Source: an uncultured Oligoflexia bacterium (GTDB lineage: Bacteria; Bdellovibrionota; UBA1018; CAYHWW01). Taken from it: 64,000 nt of DNA. The translations under genes were made by a program, and so were the position numbers. This document shows, one piece after another, positions 1 through 10,405 of the stretch. The notes beneath the pieces were generated by a model, which was not told where the DNA came from, did no database searches, and worked only from the letters and a program-made list of their open reading frames with translations. The DNA lies in contig CAYYYP010000011.1 of NCBI GenBank assembly GCA_964475985.1, positions 846 through 64,845 on the forward strand. The letters are read 5' to 3'. Position 1 is the stretch's first letter, and every line of letters begins with the position of its first letter.

Positions 1-456
1 GAAATCTATCTCATTTACAAGGTTCGATGTCTCGCACTTCCTGGGTTCGATGATCTCCTTCGGCCTACTTTTTTGAGGCTCTGCCTTTTGAGCGGTCAGT
101 AAAGAAGGCCGAGCTCTCGAACGAAGGTTGTAGCGTACCGTTCGTTCCTGGCATCGGCAGTCTTTACAGACTCCATCTCGACGAAGAACATTGCCGAAAG
201 CGTCTTTCTCTTTTTCATAAAATTCATTTATTAGCTTTGAGCCTCTGCATTTTGCGCACACCTTTTCGGCGCCTTGATACTGCTGTACTTGGAACACGGT
301 TCATCTCCGTGAACTCCGAACCAGTTGATTCCCTTTCCCGATCCATTTTTTGTGTAGCTTTTAGACAACACCCAGCAATTCGGTTTCCAATACCCTGTAT
401 AAAAAGAGAGCCTACGGAGCGATCTCGACTCTCTTCATTTTTCAAAATCTCTCGAG

Positions 457-729
457 CTAAGCGGTTGCCCCCAGTAGGAGGCGACCCCATGCTGCTTCCC
501 ACTCAGCAATTGCAGCTCTGGGGTCATTGGCACTGAGCAGAGCGTGGTCGAGCCTCTCATTGATCTCGACCATCTTGCGCTCTTGCTCGAGCGAGAACCG
601 CTCGATCGTGCCTGGAACGTAGCGCCTGTTTAGACGCGCCAAGGCAAGTTTTAAGTCTGCCCAGGGTTCCTTGGGACCTTTGAGCTCCAAACGAGGCTGC
701 TCCTGCTTCAGATATTTGAGGTAGCTCAT
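457..729 (-). CDS. Hypothetical protein of the primase module
   Basis: 90 aa ORF; its start overlaps the primase stop (ATGA coupling at 726-729). Confidence 0.6.
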   Translation of the reverse strand: MSYLKYLKQEQPRLELKGPKEPWADLKLALARLNRRYVPGTIERFSLEQERKMVEINERLDHALLSANDPRAAIAEWEAAWGRLLLGATA

Positions 730-2906
730 GAATGGTCACCTTCTAGAGGGTGCGAAATAAGCGAATTATGCGAATTAACCCCCTGCCCAAGCATCGATTG
801 CTCAACTTCCAAATCAGAAATGTCGGTAATTGCAAACCATCGCGTCACGGGTCTCCCATCTCCCTCTTGTTGTTGGGCCGAACGAACCAAACCCGCCTTG
901 ACTAGACTTTGGAAAGCTTGCGCTAATGCATAGGAGGACTTATGGCGGCCAAAGACTTCGCTGATCTCGGTTTGGGTCAACCCCTTAGGTTTGACGCGAA
1001 GCTCTTCCAAGATGCGATCTGCTGTTGGATCGCCCGTCTTTTCGCCAAAGATGTATCGACAACTTGCGTCACAATAATCCCAAATCGCGGTCGCAGCCAA
1101 AAGGTGGGGCGGCCTGATCGTCGTTGAGCAATTAAGAACCGCGTAAAGAGAAGCAAGACGCAGTATCTGGGGCTCAGCTCTCGCCGTGACTGCTCCATAT
1201 AGCCCTGGCTTTCCTTCCGAGAGTTTCATGTAAAGGACTCGCCACATCGCCCGCGCTTCGGCATCGAAGCTGAGAGCGGAGCAACTCCCACCAAACCTCA
1301 GTGCTTCTTGAAGCCGAACCACGAAAGTGGAGATATCAACTGTGTCTCCACCTTCCGGAAGAAGCTTTGATCTCTTCACGCAAAGCCAGAGAAATCGATT
1401 GGCAAAGCCGTTCACGGACTCCGTTTCGGTCAGATACCGTAGGAGTTCGGGCCGAGTTATATGACCAATAATAGAAATATGTGCATTGCTTGCCTTTGAA
1501 GCATTACTCTTCGTGAGACTGCTAAGGTTCCCATGATCCCACGAGTCTCGAATAACCGCTGAAAGTTTATTTCCATCTCGCTCCACGGCTCGGAGAACAG
1601 AAGCAAGTTCAGTCTCGACATCGCAAAGTCGTTTGTCGCTGACTCCCGGATCAACGATCCTTTCTTCAGGCCCCCCGTCTTTATCTTCTCTCCATTCCTT
1701 TCTTTCATCGCGAACTGCCCACATCAGCCCTTCGCCACTAGCGAGTCCAGATTTGATACATTCTTTTCTCCAATTCGGATCGACTTGCTCAAAGAGACGA
1801 AGGATATGTCCCCATGAGGTTCCTTTTCGACCTTTTGAGCTTTCGCCGACGAGAACAGAAAAGAGGTTGAGATAATGTGCATCTGCTTCAACTGGAAAAT
1901 GGGCTTTTCGTCCGACAGCATTCCCAAACGCTGTTAAGAGTTGAATAAGAAGAGCTACGGAATCAGCTTCAGTATTGGGCTCGATTGCTCGAACTACTTC
2001 TCCAGCAAGACCGTAATACGCTTCTTCTCCAAGAGGCGAAGGCCATTGAGGCAGAGCAAGGGCCTTGAAAGAAATTTCGGAGGCGTCTTGGTTTTGAGCA
2101 ACTCCACTACGAATCAAAGACTTCCTTACATTGCTGACGAAGCGAGCCGCGTTCTCGTGAGGCGTTCGATTTCGCATCTGTTGATCGGATTGATCCGAAA
2201 ATAAAGGAGGTGAGTGCGATTGCAGGTCAAAGCGCAAAATCTCGCGAGTAATCTCTTCGTCGGGCTTTCCTTTGAGGACTGCCGCCACTACTTGATTTTT
2301 GAGTACGTCATTTCTTCCACCGCTTTTTCCGGATTCTAAAACCGTGGATTTCAGATCCGAAAAACAGTGCTCAAGCTGATCTATGAAATCAATGGGAAGC
2401 TCTTGCAATTCCGATGCATTCAAATTGAGAAGAGTATCTTGCGTGATCCAAACATAAGCTCTTCCCGTTTCCGGATGAATTGATCCGGGTAGTACCGTTT
2501 GATTTCCATCGCTCAAGAGCTCAACGATGGGTTTGCCTTGAGGATGAAGGCGAAATTTCCTACTCGTATGTCCAGCGTAACGAAAAAACGCAGTTTCACC
2601 TTTGGCTCCCCTTTTGCGAACGAGGGATGTGGGCAGGATTTTTTTTATTCTTTCCAGAAGGATCGGATCATCTGTATCAATATCCACTCCGACGATTCGG
2701 CTTGCCGCTCCCAACGGGAGTCCGATGTTGCCTGTGGGAAATGAGCTTTCCCATTCAGTCATTTCTTGACCAGTCGGTAGCACGCGGCAAAACCGAGACC
2801 AATCTTTTATGATCGGGTGCTTCCCGCGAGGTGCGAGAGGGATCACGGGAATACTGAGTTCGTAATATTTTCGACAGAGAACAGAAAAAATTTGTCCAGA
2901 TTCCAT
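726..2906 (-). CDS. Bifunctional primase/polymerase (Prim-Pol) fused to PriCT-like and DUF3987-like NTPase regions; mobile-element replication protein
   Basis: Prim-Pol motifs (PVIPL..GKHP, NIGLPLG, VGVDID, QTVLPGSIHP.TG..Y.W), GGRND motif, Walker-A-like LVGESSKGRKG, C-terminal winged-helix-like region. Confidence 0.85.
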   Translation of the reverse strand: MESGQIFSVLCRKYYELSIPVIPLAPRGKHPIIKDWSRFCRVLPTGQEMTEWESSFPTGNIGLPLGAASRIVGVDIDTDDPILLERIKKILPTSLVRKRGAKGETAFFRYAGHTSRKFRLHPQGKPIVELLSDGNQTVLPGSIHPETGRAYVWITQDTLLNLNASELQELPIDFIDQLEHCFSDLKSTVLESGKSGGRNDVLKNQVVAAVLKGKPDEEITREILRFDLQSHSPPLFSDQSDQQMRNRTPHENAARFVSNVRKSLIRSGVAQNQDASEISFKALALPQWPSPLGEEAYYGLAGEVVRAIEPNTEADSVALLIQLLTAFGNAVGRKAHFPVEADAHYLNLFSVLVGESSKGRKGTSWGHILRLFEQVDPNWRKECIKSGLASGEGLMWAVRDERKEWREDKDGGPEERIVDPGVSDKRLCDVETELASVLRAVERDGNKLSAVIRDSWDHGNLSSLTKSNASKASNAHISIIGHITRPELLRYLTETESVNGFANRFLWLCVKRSKLLPEGGDTVDISTFVVRLQEALRFGGSCSALSFDAEARAMWRVLYMKLSEGKPGLYGAVTARAEPQILRLASLYAVLNCSTTIRPPHLLAATAIWDYCDASCRYIFGEKTGDPTADRILEELRVKPKGLTQTEISEVFGRHKSSYALAQAFQSLVKAGLVRSAQQQEGDGRPVTRWFAITDISDLEVEQSMLGQGVNSHNSLISHPLEGDHS
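750..774 (-). repeat. Three TTCGC units at 9-bp period in the primase 3' end; candidate ori iterons
   Basis: GCGAA on + strand at 752, 761 and 770; encodes NSHNSLISH. Confidence 0.55.
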
Positions 2907-2924
2907 GGTCCATATTCCTTTCTG

Positions 2925-3269
2925 TTACTCACGACTGCCTGATGTAATTTCTTTGATCTGAGCCTCAAGGCCGCGCTCGCCTAGATATTTAAGCAGGCGA
3001 GAGCGAAGCAGCTTCCATCGAGGTGAATCTCCAATTTCCTGTTCGACGGAATCAAGAATGAGCCCGCGGTAATACGCAAGCGCGTCTAACAAGCGCCGTT
3101 CTGTGTTCTGATTATTCTCAAGCATATGATCTCCTGAATCGGAGACTGGACTTGGTAAGAGGAGAGAAAGGCAGGTTGGCCCTTTTCCAATTTTCCAAAA
3201 ACCAAATTCAGCATCCAAGTGCTCGTAAACGACTTGAGAGCCGATACGAGACAGACTACGTTTCACCAC
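2925..3269 (-). CDS. Hypothetical protein upstream of the primase; real start may be the internal MLENNQ
   Basis: 114 aa ORF co-oriented with and 18 nt from the primase gene. Confidence 0.5.
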   Translation of the reverse strand: MVKRSLSRIGSQVVYEHLDAEFGFWKIGKGPTCLSLLLPSPVSDSGDHMLENNQNTERRLLDALAYYRGLILDSVEQEIGDSPRWKLLRSRLLKYLGERGLEAQIKEITSGSRE

Positions 3270-3858
3270 TCGCAGTGGGTGTTAACTGGTGCTGAGAAAA
3301 CTTTTTTGGCTTCTTGCTCTGGCGTGAGCGTGAAGGTGCGCCGTTTTCGGCGGATTCGGACTCAAACAATTTGCGGTAGATGAGTCACGTGCGCGTTCTG
3401 TTTGCTTGCGGAACGCGTATCTTTTTGGGATTTTTCAAGCGTCCTGACGTGGGACCATCTCTCAATTTGCCTTAGAGAGTCACTTGCGGGCTTGCAAGTG
3501 GAGAGGTCTATGGCTGGACCTCCTCGCTTGATAATTCAGAGGATGGCCCTGACTTTTTCTAAAGTCAAACATATTTTTGACATAGGCTCGATGAAGACGC
3601 CCGAAAGGAATCGAACCAAGAACTAGCGTGAACGAAAGGAGAGGAGCCCTGCATACTCCGCTATCGACGTTCGCGTTCTCATTCTGAAGCGGGTCATCTC
3701 GATGTAAGCGATCCATTGAAGGCTACGGCTTTCCGTAACTTTTCAAACACCTGTCCTATTCTTAGACATCCAAGAGTACGAAAAATCGTACAACTATACG
3801 AATTTTCGAATAATGAGCGATTTTAAAATTGGTCTTTGATTTGCAGATTTAAGATGTC

Positions 3859-4461
3859 ATGAGGACGAGAGAGTTAAAGGCAAGCATCATATTTTTAGCT
3901 CTGTTTTCAGCGTTCTCCCTTTCAGGATGTGGCAAAGATGCCGGAGTTCCGAACTCTTCTCAGACTAATTCCCAAAACGCTCCCACCCCCTTACCGGCAG
4001 AGCTTCCAAGTGAAGATCCGAACCCAATCCCTTCGCCAAGCCCTACTCCAACAAATTTAGTTCAAACCCTGAGCATTACAACCCTGGGTGTTCAAGCCTT
4101 CCTAACACAGGCTGAAACAGGAAGCGCTCTGAAGCTCACCCTAAGTCCTAAACCTAATGACAATTCCGATTATGGCTGCGTAAGTTATCGGGTCGAGATC
4201 GGAGGAAACACTTTTCACACTGGCATACTGCGTGTGGAAGAAATCGATTCTGGAAATTGCTCTGCTTCGCCGACAAGCGCCGAAATCGACTATTCAAGCT
4301 ACCTTGCTGCTGGCGCTGCTAACGCGCTTGATATCCAAATTCGGGTCGAGCAGACCGACAGAAGTTGCTATTTGATGGGATTTCGGTGCCCATCTTGGAC
4401 GCCTCAGGCAACGGACTCGATGCACGGCGAGCTCACTTTAGAAATCAATCAACCCAACTAA
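3859..4461 (+). CDS. Hypothetical lipoprotein
   Basis: Signal peptide with lipobox LSG-C, then a Pro/Ser/Thr-rich linker. Confidence 0.7.
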   Translation: MRTRELKASIIFLALFSAFSLSGCGKDAGVPNSSQTNSQNAPTPLPAELPSEDPNPIPSPSPTPTNLVQTLSITTLGVQAFLTQAETGSALKLTLSPKPNDNSDYGCVSYRVEIGGNTFHTGILRVEEIDSGNCSASPTSAEIDYSSYLAAGAANALDIQIRVEQTDRSCYLMGFRCPSWTPQATDSMHGELTLEINQPN

Positions 4462-6008
4462 GTTTGCTGAATTTGTTCAGCGCTTTCCACCCCATGAAGT
4501 AAGCGCAAAATAACATCTTTCGCTCCGTAATCTTCCCGTCCTTTGGGCAGGAATTGTCGCAGTTGGGCCAAATCATTCCCGGCTGTCACTAAGGGCAACT
4601 CTTCGTAACCACTTTCCTGAGTCTGGCCAATGCCGATATTGGCCATCAGAGCATTGCAAAGGCATTTTCGATTGATCGTCTCCTCTATCTTGCCGCCTTT
4701 TTTGAGAAACTCATCAACGGGTTCGGCTGGACAACGATAAACGACCTTCCCATCTGCCGCACGAACGACCTGCCTGAGATAACCTAAATCACATTTTCTA
4801 GGACGCGCTTGAAAATGATCCTCTCCGGATAGACTTCCCTCAATCGGCACCACCTTAAACGGAAATCCGGTGGGCGAGGCAAGAGGGTCAGTGAAGACGG
4901 TAGGCGTCGGCTTCTCGGCGAGATCGTTTTTAAGACACCATTCCCGGATCACCGCATCTTTAAGCTTACGAGACAATCCCGATTCATTACAAAAAGCAAA
5001 AGCTGTTCCCACCTGAATTCCAGTGGCTCCCAAATGGAGCGCTTGCTCTAAACTTCGAGGTGAACCAAATGATCCGGCCAGCCAGAATGGGAGTCCAATT
5101 TTCTGAATGGCTTCCAGATCAGCATTATCCCGCTGTCCGTAGATCGGTTCCGATCTTTCGTTTAATTGCAGTGGACCTCTCGGTGGAGCATTGTGTCCTC
5201 CAGCAAAGTGATTCTCCACGACAAAACCATCGACCTTGCCATTGGATTTCCGAGAAAGATGAAGCGCCAAAGTCGCCGAGGAAATGATGGGTAAAAACTT
5301 AGGTCTCCTTAATAAAACACTAAGACCGCACATGTTTGGAAACACATGCTTAGGATCGAAACTGATATGGAGGTCATGCCCCTCAGTTTGATGGTCCTCT
5401 GTTAGGGACACTTTGATCACCGCTTTCTCATTTCGCGAAAAAAAATCTAAAACTCCTGGGATCTCTCGTGGCACGCCCGCACCCATGAGGACGTAATCTA
5501 CGCCAGCGAGCATAGCTCCATAAATTCCTGGAAGATTTGAAGTTTGAAGCTTTTCTAAAAAATTGATTCCAACAATGCCGTCATGTCCTTCTTTGGCCAA
5601 AAAGACTTCCACAAAGCTTGCAACAGCATTGAGCCGCTGAAGTCCTATCGACGCATCTAGAGTAGGAAGGGGGCTACGGTTATAACCCTGACCCGCTAAA
5701 CGTCCGTCTTTCTTCCAATAGGTATTAAAGATTTCTTGTGCGATTTTTTGATCTGGAAAATGGGATAGAGCGCGTTCCAAATGCCCGTGAACATCTCCGT
5801 CTTGAAGCCTTCGGACAAAAACTGTGTTGATCCCAGTTCCAGAGACCACGCCGAGCTGTCCTTCGGTCGAGACGGTTTTTGCAAGCTCCCAATTGGATAC
5901 CCCCACACCCATACCGCCCTGAATGAGAAGTGGAAACTCAGTTTGGTCGAGCGTATTTTGAGAGCGTTCTCTATGGATCATCGCTTCTTCTATGTAACCC
6001 GAAATCAA
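4458..6008 (-). CDS. Nitronate monooxygenase (2-nitropropane dioxygenase) family flavoprotein
   Basis: LIQGGMGVGVS, AGGHNAP, GIQVGTAF motifs. Confidence 0.85.
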   Translation of the reverse strand: MISGYIEEAMIHRERSQNTLDQTEFPLLIQGGMGVGVSNWELAKTVSTEGQLGVVSGTGINTVFVRRLQDGDVHGHLERALSHFPDQKIAQEIFNTYWKKDGRLAGQGYNRSPLPTLDASIGLQRLNAVASFVEVFLAKEGHDGIVGINFLEKLQTSNLPGIYGAMLAGVDYVLMGAGVPREIPGVLDFFSRNEKAVIKVSLTEDHQTEGHDLHISFDPKHVFPNMCGLSVLLRRPKFLPIISSATLALHLSRKSNGKVDGFVVENHFAGGHNAPPRGPLQLNERSEPIYGQRDNADLEAIQKIGLPFWLAGSFGSPRSLEQALHLGATGIQVGTAFAFCNESGLSRKLKDAVIREWCLKNDLAEKPTPTVFTDPLASPTGFPFKVVPIEGSLSGEDHFQARPRKCDLGYLRQVVRAADGKVVYRCPAEPVDEFLKKGGKIEETINRKCLCNALMANIGIGQTQESGYEELPLVTAGNDLAQLRQFLPKGREDYGAKDVILRLLHGVESAEQIQQT

Positions 6009-6145
6009 GACACGTGCGGTAAAAGTTCTGTAAGAGTTTTACCTTCCATTCCTAGCTGATCTGACAGACGGGACAAAATGTCCAATTGAGGTGATGCAAA
6101 CAACTTTCGCGTTCCTCATCGAAAGTTCGTTTTTATCTAAAGTTC

Positions 6146-6880
6146 ATGAAATCAAATTGTGAAAATGCGCACAATCACAGAAGATCAACCGTGAATATGT
6201 CAAACGATACGTACACCATTAGGACCGTCCTAGGGCTCAAGCACCCCGTGAGCGGGCTTCTTCACCTTGCAGGATTTATCTTGTCCATCCTAGGACTTGT
6301 TTGGTTTCTTTCGCTACCGACCAAAAGTAGCCGTTTTGAGTATCTATTTTCTGTATTCGCTTTTTCAATCAGCATGGCGCTTCTTTATCTTTCGAGCAGC
6401 TTCTATCACCTCATCAAGGCTTCTGATCGTTTGACCCGAATTTTACGCAAAATTGACCACTCGATGATCTTTGTTTTCATTGCAGGAACTTGCACGCCTT
6501 TTTGTTTAAGCTTTCCATCACTTCTCGCTAAGTGCCTAAGCGTCGCACTCATTTGGGCAATTGCAATGGGCGGGATTTTCTTTTCGACGCTTTTTTCAAC
6601 CGGATCGAGATGGATTCGAGTGGGAAGCTATCTTGCGATGGGAGGAGTAGGCGGAATTCTTGCCATTCAAATTCACGCGTTATTATCGCCTGAGAGCTTT
6701 CGTTGGATCGTTTTCGGAGGAGTGGCCTATATCCTAGGATCGCTTATTTACGCACTCAAATGGCCAAATCCTTCTCCACGGTATTTTGGATTCCATGAGA
6801 TCTGGCATATCTTCGTGCTTCTAGGAAGTGCATGCCATTTCTGGGCAGTCGAGCTTCACTTGAAATGGGCGTTCGCTTAA
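6146..6880 (+). CDS. Hemolysin III / PAQR family membrane protein; likely start at MSNDTY (6197)
   Basis: SSFYH, RKIDHSMIF, FHEIWHIFV motifs; multiple TM helices. Confidence 0.9.
   Translation: MKSNCENAHNHRRSTVNMSNDTYTIRTVLGLKHPVSGLLHLAGFILSILGLVWFLSLPTKSSRFEYLFSVFAFSISMALLYLSSSFYHLIKASDRLTRILRKIDHSMIFVFIAGTCTPFCLSFPSLLAKCLSVALIWAIAMGGIFFSTLFSTGSRWIRVGSYLAMGGVGGILAIQIHALLSPESFRWIVFGGVAYILGSLIYALKWPNPSPRYFGFHEIWHIFVLLGSACHFWAVELHLKWAFA
6158..6173. promoter_or_regulatory. CRP-like box TGTGA-N6-GCACA
   Basis: TGTGAAAATGCGCACA, one mismatch to the CRP consensus, between divergent nitronate monooxygenase and hemolysin-III genes. Confidence 0.35.
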
Positions 6881-6896
6881 ATTGCGATGAGCGTCA

Positions 6897-7304
6897 TCAC
6901 GAAATCTGAGTCACAATTTCAACATCAGGTGGCTCTTTTAGATGTCGTTTGACTGTGCACAAATTTGCAGCGCTGACCACGCTTTCGCGGTATTTCTCTG
7001 GAAAGGTAGTTGGCAATTTAAGTTCTAGAGTGATCTTTGTTACAAGCTTCCTATTTTCATCCCAAATGATTTTCTCTCTAAGTTCGATCCCATCGGTTGG
7101 AATCTTTCTTTTTTCACAAAAGCTTTGAATGAATACAGCCGCACAGGTTCCAATTGATGCAAGAAAAAGATCAAAAGGTCCCGGAGCCGCATTCTGGCCG
7201 CCGCTCTCTATCGACTGATCCGTCTGTACGGTGAAACCATTAAACTCCGCATCGACTCTCTTTTTTCCCTTAAAAAGAATCTTCATCTCTAGGTCAGGTT
7301 GCAT
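6897..7304 (-). CDS. OsmC family protein
   Basis: PGPFDLFLASIGTC and NLCTVKRHL motifs. Confidence 0.85.
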   Translation of the reverse strand: MQPDLEMKILFKGKKRVDAEFNGFTVQTDQSIESGGQNAAPGPFDLFLASIGTCAAVFIQSFCEKRKIPTDGIELREKIIWDENRKLVTKITLELKLPTTFPEKYRESVVSAANLCTVKRHLKEPPDVEIVTQIS

Positions 7305-7436
7305 TGACCACCTTTCTCTTAAGCCTTGTCAAAAGCACGCGAGTACCTCCTGAAGAGGCTAAGAAAGCCTAGCCTGGCTTATGATTCATCCAAGCTAGGC
7401 TCCGTGAATTGATACATGTAGAAACTCAAGTAAGTG

Positions 7437-7829
7437 CTATTTCTTGCCTGCTTTGCGGAAGTCCAAAACGTAATAGGTCAATGCCCATCGTTCTTCCTCA
7501 CTTAAATGCCCAAACCCCACCATCGAGGTATTCGGCAATCCTTGAGAAATGGTTTTAAAAACCTTCTCAGGCTTATCGCCTTGTTTGAATTTATCAGCGA
7601 TAAAATTTCTAGGTTTTGGATTCATCATCGCTCCTGCAACACCATTGCCGTCCCCTTTGTCGCCGTGGCAGGTCATGCAGTTGGTGGCGTAGGAGGTCTT
7701 ACCCTTTTCTAAAAGGACAGGTGTTAACTTTGGGGGCGCCGCTAGAACAAGCGAGCTTATCAAAATAGCCGCGACACTTCCCATTCCGACCATCATTCGT
7801 TTTATTTCCATCTCCATCTCCATTTTCAT
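7437..7829 (-). CDS. Periplasmic monoheme cytochrome c
   Basis: Signal peptide, CMTCH heme motif, PRNF, TSMVGF distal Met. Confidence 0.9.
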   Translation of the reverse strand: MKMEMEMEIKRMMVGMGSVAAILISSLVLAAPPKLTPVLLEKGKTSYATNCMTCHGDKGDGNGVAGAMMNPKPRNFIADKFKQGDKPEKVFKTISQGLPNTSMVGFGHLSEEERWALTYYVLDFRKAGKK

Positions 7830-7970
7830 TTTTCTCCTTTTCGTGTTGAGTAGCCGTGGACCTTTTCACATTTCCATGACCTTAAGTTCAAAACAAAGCC
7901 TCTGCACTTTCACAAAGCTCTGTTTTAAGTTATCGAAGAACTGAGTCTTGTCCCAAATGGGACGGAACCA

Positions 7971-9095
7971 GTGCCTATGAATTTGAATCGTTTTAGCAGA
8001 CAGATCATTCTTCCTGAAGTCGGCAGAGAAGGCCAAGAAAGGCTCAAAAGCGCTCGTGTGCTTTGCGTGGGTGTGGGTGGTCTTGGCTCGCCCGTGTGTT
8101 TGTACCTTGCCGCAGCTGGCGTGGGTAGCCTTGGGCTGATTGATCCAGACACGGTAGATCTTACGAATCTTCAAAGGCAGATCCTCTTTAAGGCTTCTGA
8201 CCAGGGAAGCTTTAAAGTTGATATTGCTAAAAAGAGGCTTCTTGAACTTGACCCTGAAGTCGTAGTTGAAACGCATAAGGAGCCTTTGAGTGCTCAAAAT
8301 GCCGAGCAGATTTTTAGCGGGTATAATCTGGTGATTGATGGCACGGATAATTTTCAGACCAAATTTTTGATTAACGATGCGTCCTATAAAACGGGAATCC
8401 CCATGATCTATGGGGCTGTAAACCAGTTTGAAGGGCAAGTGGCTTTGTTCTTTGGAAAAAAGGGGGCCTGCTATCGGTGCTTTTATCCTGAGCCTCCGAA
8501 AGCTCAAGTGAGAAACTGCGCCGAGGCCGGCGTATTGGGAGCAGTTGTGGGTGTGATTGGAACTTTGCAAGCAACTCTTGCTCTTGAATATCTCATCTCT
8601 CAAGGGGAGGCTCAGCATCCACTTTGCCCAGAAGTTGGGAGCCTCACGCTTTTTGATCTCAAGGGACACTGGAACATTCACTCGATCCAAGTTCCTAAGA
8701 ACCCGAATTGTCCGACCTGTTCGCGTCCCTCTCAGGAGATTCAGATCCACTCTTTTCCTTTGGATATCTGCACGCTGCGTACTGAATCGATTGATACAGA
8801 TCAGCTTCAAGCCATGCTCATTGAAGAACAACCAGTCTTTCTGCTTGATGTCAGAGAGGAGGACGAATGGCTGACGGGACGCCTGAAGGGAGCTCACTTT
8901 TTTCCTCTCTCGCGCCTTAAAAAGGGAGAACTCCCTGACATCCCACAGAATACTTCGCCTGTAGTCGTCTACTGCCAGTCGGGAATGCGCTCTATAAAAG
9001 CGATTCAAATCTTGGCCCAAAGCCAGAAGGTCCACCCCTTTTTTAATCTCAACGGAGGGTTGAATGCTTGGAGTGGACCTTTGATAAAATCTTAA
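7971..9095 (+). CDS. moeB: Molybdopterin-synthase adenylyltransferase with C-terminal rhodanese domain
   Basis: RFSRQIILPEVG, GVGGLG, CYRC and CPTC Zn motifs, rhodanese VYCQSGMRS. Confidence 0.92.
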   Translation: MPMNLNRFSRQIILPEVGREGQERLKSARVLCVGVGGLGSPVCLYLAAAGVGSLGLIDPDTVDLTNLQRQILFKASDQGSFKVDIAKKRLLELDPEVVVETHKEPLSAQNAEQIFSGYNLVIDGTDNFQTKFLINDASYKTGIPMIYGAVNQFEGQVALFFGKKGACYRCFYPEPPKAQVRNCAEAGVLGAVVGVIGTLQATLALEYLISQGEAQHPLCPEVGSLTLFDLKGHWNIHSIQVPKNPNCPTCSRPSQEIQIHSFPLDICTLRTESIDTDQLQAMLIEEQPVFLLDVREEDEWLTGRLKGAHFFPLSRLKKGELPDIPQNTSPVVVYCQSGMRSIKAIQILAQSQKVHPFFNLNGGLNAWSGPLIKS

Positions 9096-9096
9096 G

Positions 9097-9384
9097 TCAG
9101 TCGCTACAGATTCCACAGCAGCCTTCTTCTTTTTCGCTCGAACTTCCGCAAAACTCTTTTGTCTTTTCGATTTTAACTTTCCAAACTCGTGGACCTTGCT
9201 CAGCGTAATTCCAGCTAAAAACCCCAGGCCGCTGAGATTCAAACTGATAAAAAAGCGGCTTTGGATCGTGGTCCGTCACTAAGGTCAGACTGCTTCCAGA
9301 TGTCAGCTCATCAAAGCTCCGAAACACCATTCGATGACGATCCATGGGAAGAACTTCACGTAGATCAATTTGCTTTTCGTTCAT
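9097..9384 (-). CDS. DUF2249 domain protein
   Basis: IDLRE..P..RH..VF..FD.L..G....LVTDHDPKPL..QF signature. Confidence 0.8.
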   Translation of the reverse strand: MNEKQIDLREVLPMDRHRMVFRSFDELTSGSSLTLVTDHDPKPLFYQFESQRPGVFSWNYAEQGPRVWKVKIEKTKEFCGSSSEKEEGCCGICSD

Positions 9385-9410
9385 TTTTTCTTTCTCCTTG
9401 CTTTTTGGGG

Positions 9411-9767
9411 TTACAAATTCATTTCTTTTAATTTCGGGATGAATCGATCAATTTCAAAGCGCACTTCGATTTGACGATTTTCTAAAACAGCCTTCACTTT
9501 GAGTTCTAATTCTGCTTTAGGAGCCCGGTTCTCATGGCTGACTAAGAGTTGCTTTAGGTCCACCCGTGGCACCCAAAGCTTCAGGCCGCTACTGAAAAAA
9601 TCTTCATCAAGACGTAGCGCTTCTTCTTTCGTGGTTTCGATTCGTAGTTCAAGGCTTTTACTCCCCCAGGGGAGCGACTCTCTTAAGGAGCCTTCATTTA
9701 AGAGTTCTAGAGCCTCATTCAACTCAACGCGAATCCGAATAGAATCTCGCGATAGTTTTAAATTCAT
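9411..9767 (-). CDS. Hypothetical protein in the Moco operon
   Basis: 118 aa, coupled to mobA (overlap 9764-9767). Confidence 0.6.
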   Translation of the reverse strand: MNLKLSRDSIRIRVELNEALELLNEGSLRESLPWGSKSLELRIETTKEEALRLDEDFFSSGLKLWVPRVDLKQLLVSHENRAPKAELELKVKAVLENRQIEVRFEIDRFIPKLKEMNL

Positions 9768-10405
9768 TTTAACACCTCTTCGCTAATGCGAGCCCAATCG
9801 TAGGGAAAGTTGGCATTGGCCATAAGAGGCTTTGATTTTTCAGGGAGATCTATTCTCTTAAGACCGATTTGCTCAAATAGCCCTCGGATGGAACGTGTGG
9901 CAGAGGGCTTTTCTATTTGACAAAGATCTTCTACCGCCTTTTTCACTTTAGAACTGATCAGAATGAGGCAAGGCATCTCAAATCCATCATAGGCAAAGGC
10001 CCCATCACTGGCTCTGCCCTCATGCCCAATTTCAGCAATAAGCGTCTGAATCAGATTCTCACTCAAAAGCGGCATGTCTACGGGAAGAACAAGTAACCAC
10101 GCTTCTTCTTGTGGATCTATGGAGATTGTCCTCAATGCAGAGCTTATTCCCGAAAGAGGTCCCAATCCTAAGACAGCATCAGGAAGACTTTTTCTCCCTG
10201 GTACATCGCCACACAAAAGCACTTCGCCCATCGGGTAACGACGAACAGCATTTTGTGCAAGCCTTAAGGCTCGGTCAACGAAAAGCTCTCCTTGAATCTT
10301 TAAAAATCTCTTATCCGCTTGCATGCGTAAAGATCTCCCACCAGCAAGAACTGCGGCATACAGACAAATGGATTTTGGGTAGGTTTTTTTGCAAAAGGGA
10401 GTCAT
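9764..10405 (-). CDS. mobA: Molybdenum cofactor guanylyltransferase
   Basis: VLAGGRSLRMQADK, GPLSGI, LPVDMP, NANFP.D. Confidence 0.88.
   Translation of the reverse strand: MTPFCKKTYPKSICLYAAVLAGGRSLRMQADKRFLKIQGELFVDRALRLAQNAVRRYPMGEVLLCGDVPGRKSLPDAVLGLGPLSGISSALRTISIDPQEEAWLLVLPVDMPLLSENLIQTLIAEIGHEGRASDGAFAYDGFEMPCLILISSKVKKAVEDLCQIEKPSATRSIRGLFEQIGLKRIDLPEKSKPLMANANFPYDWARISEEVLK

Noticed and set aside
1-502. ORFs left of the primase module, including a CKDCRC-containing frame running off the edge
   Set aside because: No frame has a convincing start plus homology; cannot be resolved at the window edge.
3595-3660. GGTTCGATTCC T-loop-like motif on the minus strand
   Set aside because: No pairing T-stem, anticodon arm or acceptor stem, so not a tRNA.
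8791-8804. FNR-like TTGAT-N4-ATCAG
   Set aside because: Lies inside moeB coding sequence, away from any promoter.
7866-9242. 458 aa antisense ORF
   Set aside because: Fully overlaps the well-supported moeB and DUF2249 genes and has no recognisable motifs; treated as a shadow ORF.
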